Shown here piece by piece: positions 12,401 to 51,596 of a stretch of DNA of 64,000 bases (position 1 is its first letter; each line of letters opens with the position of its first letter). Both the position numbers and the translations under genes were made by a program. The notes below the pieces were generated by a model. It had not been told where the DNA came from and did not search any database. It saw only the letters and a list, made by a program, of their open reading frames with translations. The DNA is from Dendrobates tinctorius (taxonomy: Eukaryota), in contig NW_027361804.1 of assembly GCF_039654945.1 (NCBI RefSeq), positions 5,952,001 to 6,016,000 of the forward strand, in the 5' to 3' direction.

Positions 12401-15400
12401 GCAATGCCAGCCATTGTTCCACCAGCTCCGCCAGAGCTGCCTCCTTCACAGCCCACCCTAACTGTGCCCAGCAGAGCAGATGATAATGGGGACCCTGGTA
12501 AGGAGACCCTCACCCCTGTGGGCATCCGGCCGGATACTTGTCCGTAGCCTCATCTATTTATTTCTACTCCAGCCGCCATCCAAGGAGCCCCCAAAGAGGT
12601 GGTAAAGCCCTCCGACGGCCGCGCGTCCCTTCTGGAATCGATCCGCCAAGCGGGTGGCATCGGAAAAGCCAATCTGCGGAGTGTGAAGGAGAAAAAGCTG
12701 GAGAAGAAGAAGATGAAGGAGCAGGAGCAAGGTGACCCCCGGGGGGCCGCACGGGCCGAGAGGTTTAGTTATTGACAGGAGATTAGCGGTGCCAGCGCCA
12801 AGGTGCTGCCAGGCAGGAGCCGGATGGTGCGCAGCGGCTGGTACTTGGCAGCTGTCCTGGCTCTGAGAACATCTGCCAGCCGCCGATAATCGAGCCGAGT
12901 GCGAACGCTGCGTCCCGACGCTCCGCACGGTGGGCTCTGCTGCGTCTCAACCATAGCGCTCAATTAACTCTTTGTGGTGGAGACTATTGGAATGCGTCTC
13001 TATTGCTCCCTGTTATCATGTACAGTGGCATGTAAAAGTTTGTGCCCCCCTGGTCAAAATTACTGTTATTGTGAGCAGTTGAGCAAGTTGGAGATGAAAT
13101 GATCTCTAGAAGGCCTAAAGTTACAGATGACACATTTACTTTGTATTTTAGACAACAACAAAAATATTTTTCATCTTTAACATTTTAAAAATTACAAAAA
13201 TTTAAAATGGGCCGATGCAAAAGTTTGTGCACCTTGCTCGGTTAGTACCTAGTGGAGTCCCCAAGCATCACAGCTCATAAATGCTTTTTGTAGCCAGACA
13301 TGTCTTCCTATTCTTTGAGGGATTTTCCTCCATTCTTCCTTGAGATTCCTCGGTCGTTTTGCTTCCTCTGCTATTTTGAGCTCTAACCACAGACTTTCAA
13401 TGATGCTCAGACCAGGGGACTGTGAGGGCCATTGTGAAACCTTCATCTTGCGCCTTTTGAGGTTGTGTATTGTGGATTGTGACGTGTTTTGGGGATCATT
13501 ATCCATGTGTAGAAGCCATCCTCTTCTTTTCACCTTCAGCTTTTTTACAGATGGTGTCATGTTTGCATAAAGAATATGTTGAGATTTCATTGAATCCATT
13601 CTTCCCTCTACAAATGAAATGTTCCCTGTTCCATTGGCTGCAACATAACCTCAAAGCATGATTGATCCTCCCCCATGTTGAATGATTGGTGAGATGCTTT
13701 TCTCCACACATACCTTTTGATCATTGTGGCCAGAGTTCTACTTTATCCTCATCGGCAGGGCTGGTGTCACCACCCGAGGCCCACTCGCCGTGTGGCACAT
13801 TCCCAGGGCCATAAGATTGGGGGGGGGGGGGTGCCAGCACAGGCACTGCTACCGCCTTTCCAACCCCACCCTATCATGATTTTAAACTCTTTGAAATGCT
13901 CACCTCTCCCCGTTCCCGCAACTCGTCTTTTCCCTGTGTCCTGCCTCTGATGTCTCAGAGCAGAGGGCGCGATGACATCACTACAGCCCTCTGTGGTGAG
14001 CATTGCAGAGGGTCATAAGACACCGAGGAGACCGGAGCAGCTGGGGAACGGGGAAAGGTATTTGATTATGTATAGAGCATTATATGGGGCCCGGTATTCT
14101 GTGTGGTGCCTTATATGGGGTTTATTATTCTGTATGGGGCTCATTATCCTTTATATGGGGCAAGTTATTCCGTTATAAGGAGCATTATATGAGGCTTGTT
14201 ATACTGTATGGGGCTTATTATTCTGTATTTAGCAATATATGGGGCCCATTATTCTGTATGAAGCGTTATGTGGAGCTCGTTATACTGTATGGGGCTCATT
14301 ATTCTGTATTTAGCAATACATGGGGCCTGTTATTCTGTATTTAGCATTGTATGTGACTCATTATACCGTTGTTCTGTATGGAGCATTATATGGGGCTCGT
14401 TATTCTGTATGGAGCATTATATGGGGTCTGTTATTCTGTTTTGGAGCATTATGTGGAGCCCGTTATACTGTACGTGGCTCATTCTGTATTTAGCATTATA
14501 TGGGGCCCATTATTCTGTAAGGGGCTCGTTATTCCGTTATATGGGGCCTAGTATTCTGTATGGAGCATTATATGGGGCCCATTCTGTATGAAGCATTAGG
14601 TGGAGCTCGTTATACTGTTTGGAGCACTATATGTGGGGCCTGTTATACTGTATGGAGGATTATGTGGGGCCTGGTAGTCCTCTATACAGTATACATGGGG
14701 CTCTTTATACTGTATGGATGATTATACTGTCTGGTCTAAAATGAAAAGTTTTCTGTCACACTGACTCCAGACTTTTGATTCCCCCCAGGGCACACACTGT
14801 GCTCTACGAGGATTTGCCTGTTTCTGAGCTGCTTTACAATTTGCAATAGATATCACTCATGTAATGTAAGAAGTAAAATCTTTGAAATTGCGCTATACCT
14901 ATAGTTCTCTGCCGTAGCTGTGCATCATGAATCATGGTATGCGTTAAATAGGCCCACTGAGACTCTTTCGCCCGGGGCCCACAAAAACCAGGAGCCGGCC
15001 CTGCATATTGGTCCACAAGACTTGTTTCCAAAATGCATCAGGCTTGTTTAGATGTTCTTTCCCAGACTTCTGATGCTGAATTTTATGGTGTGGACACAGG
15101 AGAGGTTTTCTTCTGATGACTCTTCAATGAAAGCCAGATTTGTGCAGGTGTCAGTAGAACAATGTTACCACAATTCCAGAGTCTGATAAATCTTTCTGAA
15201 GGTCTTTTACAATCAAGTGGGGGTTCTGATTTGCGCCTCCAGCAATCCTACGAGCGTCTCTGTGAAATTTTGCTTGGTCTTCCAGAGCTTATCTTGTCCA
15301 TTACCAGGAACAGTGGAGGTCATTTCCTAATTACGTTTCGAACTGAGGAAAGGACAACTTGAAACCGCTTTGCTATGCTCTTATGGCCTTGTCCTGCTTT

Positions 15401-16910
15401 GTGGGCCTCCACTATTGTCGGAGTGCTCGGCAGCTGCTTCGAAGACCCCATGGCTGCTGGATTTTGGTACGAGGTTACAGGAGGCTGAGCTTTTATAAAG
15501 TTGGGAAATTTGCATCACCCGGCCTTTCCTAACAATGATAGTGAGCAAGCCATAATCCTAACAAGCTAATTAACTTTGACCAAGGTTTCAGACCTTATCT
15601 GAGGGCACAAATCTCCAAGGGTGCCCACATTTTTGCATCAGCCAGTCTTCCTTTTTATAATTTTTAAAATGTAAAAAACTTATTACACCGTATTTTGTGG
15701 TTTATAAGACGCCCCCCCCCCCCTTGAGGAGAAAAATAGGAAAAAAAACTTTAATAAAAAGGTGGCGCTGCTTACAATCCATGTCTTATTGCTTACCGGG
15801 GGTGGTGGCTGTGGGGAAGCGGGGTCACAGGGTCGCTGCTGGCGGAGGCAGCAGTGGGGCGTTGCTGCGGACCCCAGACTGCGAGAAAGGGGGTGTTCAA
15901 ACGTGTGACGCTGCGGGTGTTTGGTGGTGCGGGGGGGCTCTGCCATTTTGTGAAAGCCAGTTTACTTTGAGGTGGACTGTGGGGGGGGGGCAGCGCATGC
16001 GCAGATGGAGATCTTGGCGGTGAGATCTCTTCTCCCGAGATCTCCCGCTGTGCATGTGCTGCCCCCAACAGCCATTTTCACGGAGTCCACCGCAATGTAA
16101 ACCATGGAAGTGTGGGGGTCCTGGGCTTTCGCAAAATGTTGCCGGAGCCCCCGCAGTGTCGCACCTCCAAATACCCCTTGCAGCAACGCGCCACTCTTGC
16201 CTCCTCCAGCAATGACCCTAGGACCCTGCTCCACTGCAGCTGATAAGGTATATTCGAATTATATTCCCCCCCCCCCCCCCAAAAGCAGAAAAATAGGATA
16301 CTTTTTTGGCCTAAAAAACAAAGGAAATGTGTCGTCTTTAACTTCAGGCCCTTTAGGGATCATTTAATCTTCCCCTTGCTTAGACTTCTACATGCCACTG
16401 TATCTCCAGAGGGTAGGATGATGTTAGTTGTTTTTTTGCTGATGTCTTCTGTCTGATCTTGCAGTGAGAGCCACCGGGGGCGGAGGAGACCTGATGTCCG
16501 ATCTGTTTAACAAGCTGGCGATGAGACGGAAAGGTAAGGGTCCAAGGAATGGGTGGGGAGCATGGCGGCAGTCAGATCACTGATCGGCCCTTGATGGCAA
16601 ATCTTAGTGATGCCAATGTCTGGGGAGAGACGGCATCGTTTACTGTGCGCAGCACCTGCCGCTAGTAAAGTGGTGATGCGGGGTGGGGTATGATCCTAGG
16701 CTTTATGGGGGGGGAGCCTCTTTTAGGGCATATTCACACCTGCGTGTCGTTGACTCTGCTCTTTTCCTAGGTATCTCAGGGAAGGGTCCGGCTGCCGGCA
16801 ACGGAGATTCTCCCGCTGGAGCATTTGCCAGGATTTCCGATAATATTCCACCCCTTCCCCCTCCACAAATGACTCCGGGAGAAGCTGACGAGGATGAATG
16901 GGAGTCCTAA
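9262..16910 (+). CDS. WASHC1: WASH complex subunit 1 (whole coding span, 10 coding exons, ~470 aa)
   Basis: join(9262-9401,9852-9963,10806-10952,11619-11755,11844-11979,12046-12253,12333-12497,12573-12731,16465-16533,16771-16910) = 1413 nt, open; WAHD domain, poly-Pro, WH2, C and acidic DEDEWES end. Confidence 0.95.
9514..9556 (+). ncRNA. Minimal type-I hammerhead ribozyme motif (Penelope-like element remnant)
   Basis: CCTC-CTGAGGA-AGAC..GTC-GAAAC-GC-GTT-GTGG: CUGANGA and GAAA core, short stems II and III. Confidence 0.55.
9852..9963 (+). CDS. WASHC1: WASHC1 coding exon 2
   Basis: ILQRVETN...[13 protein letters not shown]. Confidence 0.92.
10005..10770. repeat. Degenerate C-rich minisatellite
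   Basis: Recurring GTGCGCCTCCCGCCATCTGTCCCCC and CCTCCCTCCTT motifs. Confidence 0.8.
10806..10952 (+). CDS. WASHC1: WASHC1 coding exon 3
   Basis: [10 protein letters not shown]...LDEQALQ. Confidence 0.92.
11000..11498. mobile_element. Unclassified insertion with internal ~75-bp inverted repeat and 15-bp flanking direct repeat
   Basis: TTGCTTTGGGATGTA at 10985 and 11499; IR 11105-11178 vs 11419-11495. Confidence 0.6.
11619..11755 (+). CDS. WASHC1: WASHC1 coding exon 4
   Basis: EKLKYYPV...[25 protein letters not shown]. Confidence 0.92.
11844..11979 (+). CDS. WASHC1: WASHC1 coding exon 5
   Basis: [12 protein letters not shown]...KREQLERQ. Confidence 0.92.
12046..12253 (+). CDS. WASHC1: WASHC1 coding exon 6
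   Basis: [31 protein letters not shown]. Confidence 0.92.
12333..12497 (+). CDS. WASHC1: WASHC1 coding exon 7 (poly-proline)
   Basis: P15 tract; phases consistent. Confidence 0.88.
12573..12731 (+). CDS. WASHC1: WASHC1 coding exon 8 (WH2)
   Basis: [25 protein letters not shown]. Confidence 0.92.
13756..15003. mobile_element. hAT-like non-autonomous element with internal satellite (14070-14730)
   Basis: CAGGGCTGG...CCGGCCCTG termini; degraded 8-bp TSD CTCATCGG/CATATTGG; interrupts the Tc1. Confidence 0.6.
15688..16340. mobile_element. Tc/mariner-type MITE remnant inside the Tc1 TIR
   Basis: CCGTATTTT..TATAAGACGC start, partial inverted GTCGTCTT end; Tc1 sequence resumes at ~16341. Confidence 0.45.
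16465..16533 (+). CDS. WASHC1: WASHC1 coding exon 9
   Basis: [17 protein letters not shown]. Confidence 0.92.
16771..16910 (+). CDS. WASHC1: WASHC1 coding exon 10
   Basis: GISGKGP...EADEDEWES*. Confidence 0.92.
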
Positions 16911-17021
16911 GGGGTCACCGGCCAGTGGGCACATCTGGAGACCAGGGCTACAATGACGCTTGCGAGTCACAGGAGGAAAATGGAGAGATACAATAAGACG
17001 TCGCAGGAGATTTCATACAAG

Positions 17022-17056
17022 TTTAATCTTACAAAATATCAGATTCTTATAATAAA
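17022..17056. terminator. Crossed polyadenylation signals: DDX11 ATTAAA (-, 17022-17027) and WASHC1 AATAAA (+, 17051-17056)
   Basis: Only canonical hexamers I found between the two stop codons. Confidence 0.6.
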
Positions 17057-17102
17057 TAGTGAAGGCGTTCGGTGATCTCTCCGGGGCGTGGTGGCGGACG
17101 GG

Positions 17103-44210
<27,108 letters not shown>

Positions 44211-44957
44211 GTCCTGATAATAAAAGGGAGAACATGACGGAGGACGAGGAATATTCTGCAAAAGAAGGAAATTATCCTAACCAGACAAAGAATAACATTT
44301 ATGCCTATAACCACCACTAGGGGGTGAACAGTTGGTCTTCATATATTCAGTAGGTCTGGGGTCTATATATTTATGGGGTGTGGTCTGTATATACAGCCAT
44401 GGCCAAAAGTGTCGGCACCCTAGAAATTGTGACAGAAAATGATGTATTTCCCCAGAACATTATCACATCCCCGTGTTTTGTTACACATGATGTTTATTTC
44501 CTTTGTGTTTATTGGAACAGCACAAAAAAAGGCAAATTGGACGTAATTTCCCGCAAAACCCCAGAAATGGACCAGACAGAATTGTTGGCGCCCTCAGGTT
44601 AATATTTGGTCGCCCCCTTTGGAATAAATCCCTGCGATCAGTTGCTCCCTATAACCATCCACAAGCCTCTTCCTCCTCGCAGCCGGGATCTTGGACTCTT
44701 CTTACAATCCGCTCCCGGTCTCATATTTCACCTTCTCCCAACAGCGATTGTAAGATCTCTCCACAGGGGATCAGTGGGATTCATGTCCGGACTCATTGCC
44801 GTCACTTCACAACTGTCCAGCGCTTTGTTTCCATCCATTTCTGGGGGCTTCTTGAAGTATGTTTGGGGTCATTGTCCTGCTGGAAGACCCATGACCTAGG
44901 ATGCAAACCCAGCTTTCTGACACTGCGTACTACATTGCCAGCCAAAATCCTGTGCTA

Positions 44958-45080
<123 letters not shown>

Positions 45081-46205
45081 TTAGGTCTCATTCTGTTTTC
45101 GGTAAACAGTAGAATGATGTGCTTTACCAAAGAGTTCTATCTTGGTCTCATCTGTCCACAAGACCCTCTCCCAGAAGGATTTTGGCTTACCCAGTAGATT
45201 ATGACAAACTGCAGTCTAGCGGTTTTTTTGTGCCTCTGTGTTAGCAGTGAGGTCCTCTGGGGTATCTTGCGTTTCATTTCATTCACATGGGGACGGATAG
45301 TTCGCACTGACACTGATGCACCCTGAGCCTGCAGGTCAGCTTGAATTTCTTTGGCACTTGATTGGGGCTTATCCATCATGCGGACTATCTTACACTACAT
45401 CCTTTCATCAATTTTTCCTCTTACGGTCCATGTCCAGGGAGATTACCTGCAGAGCCATGGGTTGTAAACTTCTTAATTATGTTGCACACTAGGGTGACCG
45501 GATCTCATATGGGGGGGAAAAAATGTCAGAATCTTGTTCGTCTGGACCCCACAAAACGATTCCCCTTTCCAGATATTGAGAGAGCCAAAATTTGAGCTCG
45601 ATCAAACGACGTTAACCCGTGCCGCTCGTCGCTCAAAGTTTGAAAAAATCCAAATTGAGGTTTTTTAAGATTTAGGTATTTTGCATAGTCTGTTAGACTA
45701 TAAAGAATGTGACAACAACATTGCAGAAATAGCCCTGACCAAATTTTCGAACCATTTGTGGTATTTGAATGCAGAGTTGGTGGGATTATCGTTTTTTGAT
45801 CCCACCATTACAGACAATGAAAAGTTGTTAATGGCTAATAAATTGCTCAGTAGCACAGATGAACCATCAGAGCACGCTAACCTACATGAGTTGATAATTT
45901 TACATAGTTATCTAATCTATTCTAGAGCTTTTGTTAAAGTAGTTTTTGAAACGTCAGAATATAATGCTCGGCATTTGCTTACAACTTGCAGGACATATTG
46001 CTTTTGTTCTACATCTTTTGTCAGAAGGTCGTTAAAGTCGGTTAGGCCTCTTTCACACATCAGGTTTTCGCCGTCAGGCGCGATCCGGCGCTTTTGACAA
46101 AAACCGGATCCGGCGAAATGCAATGCCGGATCCGGTTTCCCCCCCATTGACTTGCATTAGAGCCGGATGGCCATGCGTTTCATCCGGTTTTCGCCGGATC
46201 CGGCA

Positions 46206-48478
46206 ATGTGTCGCGATCCGGCGTCTGGAAAAAACGGCTACTGTAACGTTTTTTGTCTCCGGCGAAAAAGCCGGACACGCCGGATACGTTTGACGGTAAG
46301 TTTTTATTTCCAAAATCCATCATCTCTGTAATATATGTCTATTCATTGCCTTTTATTTCAAAACAGGAATCACAAGATGAAGAGGAGCTCCCAGAAGAAG
46401 AAGGAAGGGGTGGACAGACACTTGGAGTGGGCTCACAATTGGTAAGATTTTGGCATCAAACGCAGAAACACAACATCACACTACACACAACACATAGAAA
46501 ACAATGTTCTGCAGACCACACACAGCAAACAAATGCCTACATCCAAAGACATAACATTTTTTGTTTTCTTCTCTAGTCTTCCCAATCTGGTGCTCGGCCA
46601 AGAGGTCCTCGCAGTGCCTCCCAGGGTCGTCGGCGACAGCAACGCGGCGGTCACCAGCGTGTAAGTATAAATATTTTTGCTTTGTTTTTTTTGCACTTTT
46701 TATTTCATTTCTTTTGTGGAGGCTAATTATGTTATTTTTGTCTTTTTCTTTAACAGCCTTCACAGCGTGCTCCCGACTCTGACGGTGAGGATGGAGGAAT
46801 CGATGTGGACCACCTCATCGATCTCGTCAGAGAAAGGGAGCCGCTCTGGAATATGGCTGACCGCCGCCACGCTGACCTTATCGTTACCCGACGACTCTGG
46901 GAGGAAATCTGTTCGCTCCTTGTGGACCGCTGGGAGGACCTCGATGCTCGGGCCCAGATTAAAGAGCGTAAGTATATACAGTACCGGTTGCTTGATGTAA
47001 ACCAGTGTTTCCTGAACTCCAGTCCTCTTGGTCCCCACGGATCATGTGTTCAGGATTTCTATTTACTTTGGAAATCCTGAAAACATGACCCCTGGGGACC
47101 ATGAGGACTGGAGTTTGGGAAACACTGATGTTGTATACTAACCACTTTGTCCTTTCTCGTTTCAGGGGAGAGAATTGTGAAGCGGTGGCGGTCTGTGAGG
47201 GATCGTTTCAAGAAGGAGTTAAATAAAGAGATGCGGGCCCCGAGTGGATCTGGAGGACGCAGGAGCAAGTACAAGTACGCACAAGCCCTGTCGTTCCTCC
47301 GGGAGACAATGCTCACCAGAAGGTAAATATTACACACCACATGTGACAAAAAAATGTTTAGATGTAACTTTTTTTTTTCAGCCAGGGCCATACCATGTCA
47401 CTATTTTAATTGTTTTTTTTTCTCTTTATTCCACAGCACGGTGAGCAGCACTCGGGAGCCTGCACGATTGGACCCTTCTGAGGCGATCCCTGAGGAGACC
47501 GGCACCGAGGGAGACTTCGACCGCCCCGGTACATCTGCACCTTCACAGACTTCCCACACATTCGACCCATCTGTCCCATCCACCAGCACAGGAGCATCGT
47601 GGCCGCCTACATTACATGAAGCTGCTGGTGAGGAGATCGCTTTCCCTTTACCCCACCCTTCTGCCCCTGCCACCTCTAGTACACCTGCGGGTACTGGGCG
47701 GCAGAGGGGTCAGGAAAAGTCTTATGCGCCAGAGTTCTTGCATCTGAATGCATCTTTCCAGAACTGTCTAAAAGTCTTGTCAGAGCAAATCTCCGCAGGC
47801 TTTCAGCAGATCAACTCCAGCATTCTGGAGGTGAAGACACTTCTGCAAACCATGCATTCAGAAGCAAGATCTTCGCCAAACCACACCTTTTTCAGGTCTG
47901 TTGTGGAGCGCATGGAAACGCTCTCTCCTACCCAGCAGATGCATGTAATGCATTCATGCCACGCTGCTCTCCAGCACGTTACCTCCCAACCTCCACCTCC
48001 CACCACTGTAGTTCCTCCACCTGCACCCCCTCCAGCCACTTTCCATCCTCCCCCTCCTATTACATACCATCCACCTCCCCAGCACCAGCAACCTCCCCAG
48101 TACCTGCAAACTCCCCAGTACCAGCAACCTGCCCCGTACCAGCAAACTCCCCAGTACCAGCAACCTCCCCAGTACCAGCAACCTCCCCAGTACCAGACAT
48201 CTCCCCACTTCCAGCAACCTGCCCCGTACCAAACTCCTTCCCCATACAACTTGCCATCAACATCATCTGCTCCTACAGTCCCTGCCCAACCCTCCACTCC
48301 ACCGCCCACCACCTCTTCTGCCTCCCACATGTCCACCCATTCTGTAGCTTTTTCCACACCTTCACCTCTAACTGTTCCTTCCCCACCACGATCCCAGTCC
48401 TCTCTCCACACTCCCAGTGTCGAAGTGTCCCGCAGCCCCTCCAGCAGTATTTCCACCCCACACTACACCGAGTTGTAA
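46206..48478 (+). CDS. Harbinger Myb/SANT-like (MADF) DNA-binding protein, ~552 aa
   Basis: join(46206-46295 tentative,46367-46441,46577-46660,46757-46967,47166-47322,47437-48478), open; LIDLVREREPLWN..LWEEIC..KRWRSVRDRFKKE..YKYAQALSFL. Confidence 0.82.
47003..47127. mobile_element. 125-bp palindromic hAT-like MITE in an intron of the Harbinger Myb gene
   Basis: CAGTGTTTCC..AACTCCAGTCCTC ... GAGGACTGGAGTTTGGGAAACACTG. Confidence 0.75.
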
Positions 48479-48983
48479 TGTTTTTTTTTTAATAAAAATG
48501 GCCATTTGTTTGTTTTCAAACATTTATTCAAAAAGTTTTTTAACTTTAAAAACATTTTACAAAAAAAAAAAAATTTAAATAAAAGTTAAATTACTTTTAC
48601 AATGGTTGTCTGTCATTTCTTTCTGCGGCGAAATATGTTTACAAAAAAGGTTAAATAATTTCAAAGGTCAAAAGGTATTCAAAACCAGGTATATAACTGT
48701 GGGTAAATTTTAGCTTTTTGCCACAGTTGTGTTCCTGGTTGTGTTTGAAGCAAAGTATTTCACCTAAAAAGTTGTGTTTATTGTTGGTGATTTCCTAACA
48801 ATGTACACAACTTTTGTTAAAAGGTGAAATACTTTGCATAAAACACAACCAGGTACACACCTGTGGCCTAAAGCTAAAAATAATAAGACCATGACAAGAT
48901 AGCCAACTTTGGTTGGCAAAGGTATATACTGTTGGTCCAGAAGGTACACAAGTTTGGTTAGGGCACAAATCTTTCACACTCTG

Positions 48984-50354
48984 TCATCCTGCCAGTGTAC
49001 TCTGCCTTGAGGTGACAAAGTATAGTGCAAAATTGTCCCTCATTACTGAAACCGTCACAGAACTTCTAGTGGTAATGTCATGGTAATCTTGCAAGGTGGT
49101 TTCTTCAGAGGTGTCCTCAATGGAAATGGGTTCCTTGCAGATAACAAAATTGTGGAGTACCACGCACGCTTTGATCACCTCGTCCACAGTTTCTGTCTTG
49201 AGGTTGATCGCAGTCAATAGGACCCGCCATTTGGCTGTCAGAATACCAAAGGTACATTCAACCATTCTTCTTGCTCTTGTGAGGCGGTAATTAAAAATGC
49301 GTTTTGGTCTTGTCAATCCTCTGCTAGAGTACGGTTTCAAAAGGTGTTCTGACAGCTGGAAGGCTTCATCCCCTACACAGACAAATGGCATAGGTGGACC
49401 AGATGTTTGCGGCAGCGGTCTAGGTGGTGGGAACTGGAAGGTGTTTCCATACAGTTTACGCCCCATGGCAGACAGTTTGAAAACTTGAGAGTCATTGGAG
49501 CGGCCATAGGCCCCAATATCAACAGCAATAAATTTGTATTCCGCGTCAGCGATGGCCATGAGGACAATGGAAAAATATTTATTGTAATTGAAATATTCCG
49601 ATCCCGATCCGGCTGACTTTACAATGCGGATATGTTTCCCGTCCACAGCGCCCAAGCAGTTGGGAAACTGACATATCTGTTGAAACTTGTCAGCAATTTC
49701 AATCCACCTCTCTGTTGTGGGCTCTGGTAAAAACTCTTCAGCTAAGGAGTCCCACAGTGCACGGCATGTGTACTTCACAATTCCAGATATGGTGGAAATC
49801 CCGAGTCTGTACTGGAAATGCAGTGACGAAAGGGATTCTCCAGTTGCAAGAAATCTGTGGGGAATTAAAAAACAATCAATTAGTTTAAAATCACAGCATT
49901 ACATACCAAAACTCAGCGCTAACACTTGGAGATACAAACTACCACCAACACGATTGCAGTGAAAGTGTGCTCTGATGCGAGCACATCCAATAAATGTGGC
50001 TTACCTTAAAGTCACCATCAGACGCTCTGCGGGTGAAACAGAGAAGCGGCAATAGGTGTCCGCTTTTCTTATGAGGTGTGCAATGCGCTCCACCAAGTAA
50101 TCAAAATTCTCCATTTTCATCCTAACATATCCAAAAAATGTATCCGGGTTTCGTCGAAGGTCCATGCATAGTGTAGAATAGACCCCACGCGTCATTCTCT
50201 TGGCTGTGATGGGGTGGATCCACAAACGTCGTCTACGATGCCTGATGCGCCGCTGTCTCGCTCTCTCCTTCTCCAGAACAATCACCCTCAAACGATTCGC
50301 CTCCGCTGTAAAATCCGCCAAATTCTTCAAAATATTTCCAATCACAACATCCAT
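48984..50354 (-). CDS. Harbinger (HARBI1-like) DDE transposase, ~406 aa
   Basis: join(50354-50005,49854-48984); WIHP, ERLMVTLRFLATG, GAVDGKHI, VGDEAF, RRMVECTFGIL. Confidence 0.93.
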
Positions 50355-51596
50355 CTTCGCCAGTAACTTGCTCTTCTCTCCAACCTGCACTTTCTCCTCT
50401 ACAACCTGTCAAAGAAGGGCTGTAGGAACATGCTATATATAGTTTTTCAGTAGCCAATCCCGTTCGGAAGGCCACAAGGGGCGATTTTAAAAACCGGATC
50501 CGGCGTAATCCGTCAAAAAACGGAACAAAAACCGGATGAGACGGATCCGGTTTTGTCTGTGAAGAACAAGACGGATCCGGCAGAAAAACGGATCCGTCAC
50601 ATCCGGTTTTACGAAATATTTGCCGGATCCGGCGCTCCGGCACGACGCCGGATCGCGCCTGACGCCGAAAACCTGATGTGTGAAAGTAGCCTTACTTCCT
50701 ACCTCTTTTAATTTTTCTTTCCTAACTTTTGGATTTACAACCCTAGCGTGCTCTGATGGTTCATCTGTGCTACTGAGCAATTTATTAGCCATTAACAACT
50801 TTTCATTGTCTGTAATGGTGGGATCAAAAAACGATAATCCCACCAACTCTGCATTCAAATACCACAAATGGTTCCAAAATTTGGTCAGGGCTATTTCTGC
50901 AATGTTGTTGTCACATTCTTTATAGTCTAACAGACTATGCAAAATACCTAAATCTTAAAAAACCTCAATTTGGATTTTTTCACACTTTGAGCGACGAGCG
51001 GCACGGGTTAACGTCGTTTGATCGAGCTCAAATTTTGGCTCTCTCAATATCTGGAAAGGGGAATCGTTTTGTGGGGTCCAGACGGACAAAATTCCGACAC
51101 CGATTTTTTGCGGTCACCCTATTGCACACTGTGGACAAGGAACAACAAGATCTCTGGAGATGGTCTTGTAATCTTGAGATTGTTGATATTTTTCACCAAT
51201 TTTGGTTCTCGGGTCCTCAGACAGATCTCCTCTTGTCTTTCTGTTCTACATGATTACTGTGACACACATAGACACACAATGCAAAGATTGAGTCACCTTC
51301 TCCCCTTTTCATCTGGTTTCAGGTGTGATTTTCATATTGTCCACACCTGTTACTTGCCACAGGCGGGTGTGAACAAGCATCACCTGCTGGAAACAAAGTT
51401 GTTTACCCACAATTTTGGAAAGGTGCCAACAAATTTGTCAAGTCCATTTCTGGGGGTTTTTGTGAAATTGTACAATTTGCCTTTTTTCCTCTGTTTTTTT
51501 TGTGCACACAAAGGAAATAAACATGTGGAATTGTAATAATGAATACTTCATTTTCTGTAACAATTTCAAGAGAGCCTACACTTTTGGCCATGACTA

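Larger units (their letters stand above)
13023..16400 (-). mobile_element. Degenerate Tc1/mariner transposon with two nested insertions
   Basis: TA|CAGTGGCATGTA...TACATGCCACTG|TA; transposase remnant [24 protein letters not shown] on -. Confidence 0.85.
46045..50691. mobile_element. Autonomous-type PIF/Harbinger transposon (4.65 kb)
   Basis: ~45-bp TIRs GGC..CTTTCACACATCAGGTTTTCG.CGTCAGGCGCGATCCGGCG; TTA TSD at 46042 and 50692; two convergent genes. Confidence 0.95.
45490..51121. mobile_element. Fold-back hAT (hATm-like) non-autonomous element
   Basis: TAGGGTGACCG...CGGTCACCCTA termini; perfect 8-bp TSD TTGCACAC; ~390-bp inverted arms; transposase C-terminal pieces NHLWYLNAELVGLSFFD and DFNDLLTKDVEQKQYVLQVV. 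Confidence 0.85.

Noticed and set aside
48984-50354. Domesticated HARBI1/NAIF1 host genes
   Set aside because: Flanked by TIRs and TSD and nested in other TEs, so it is a transposon copy.
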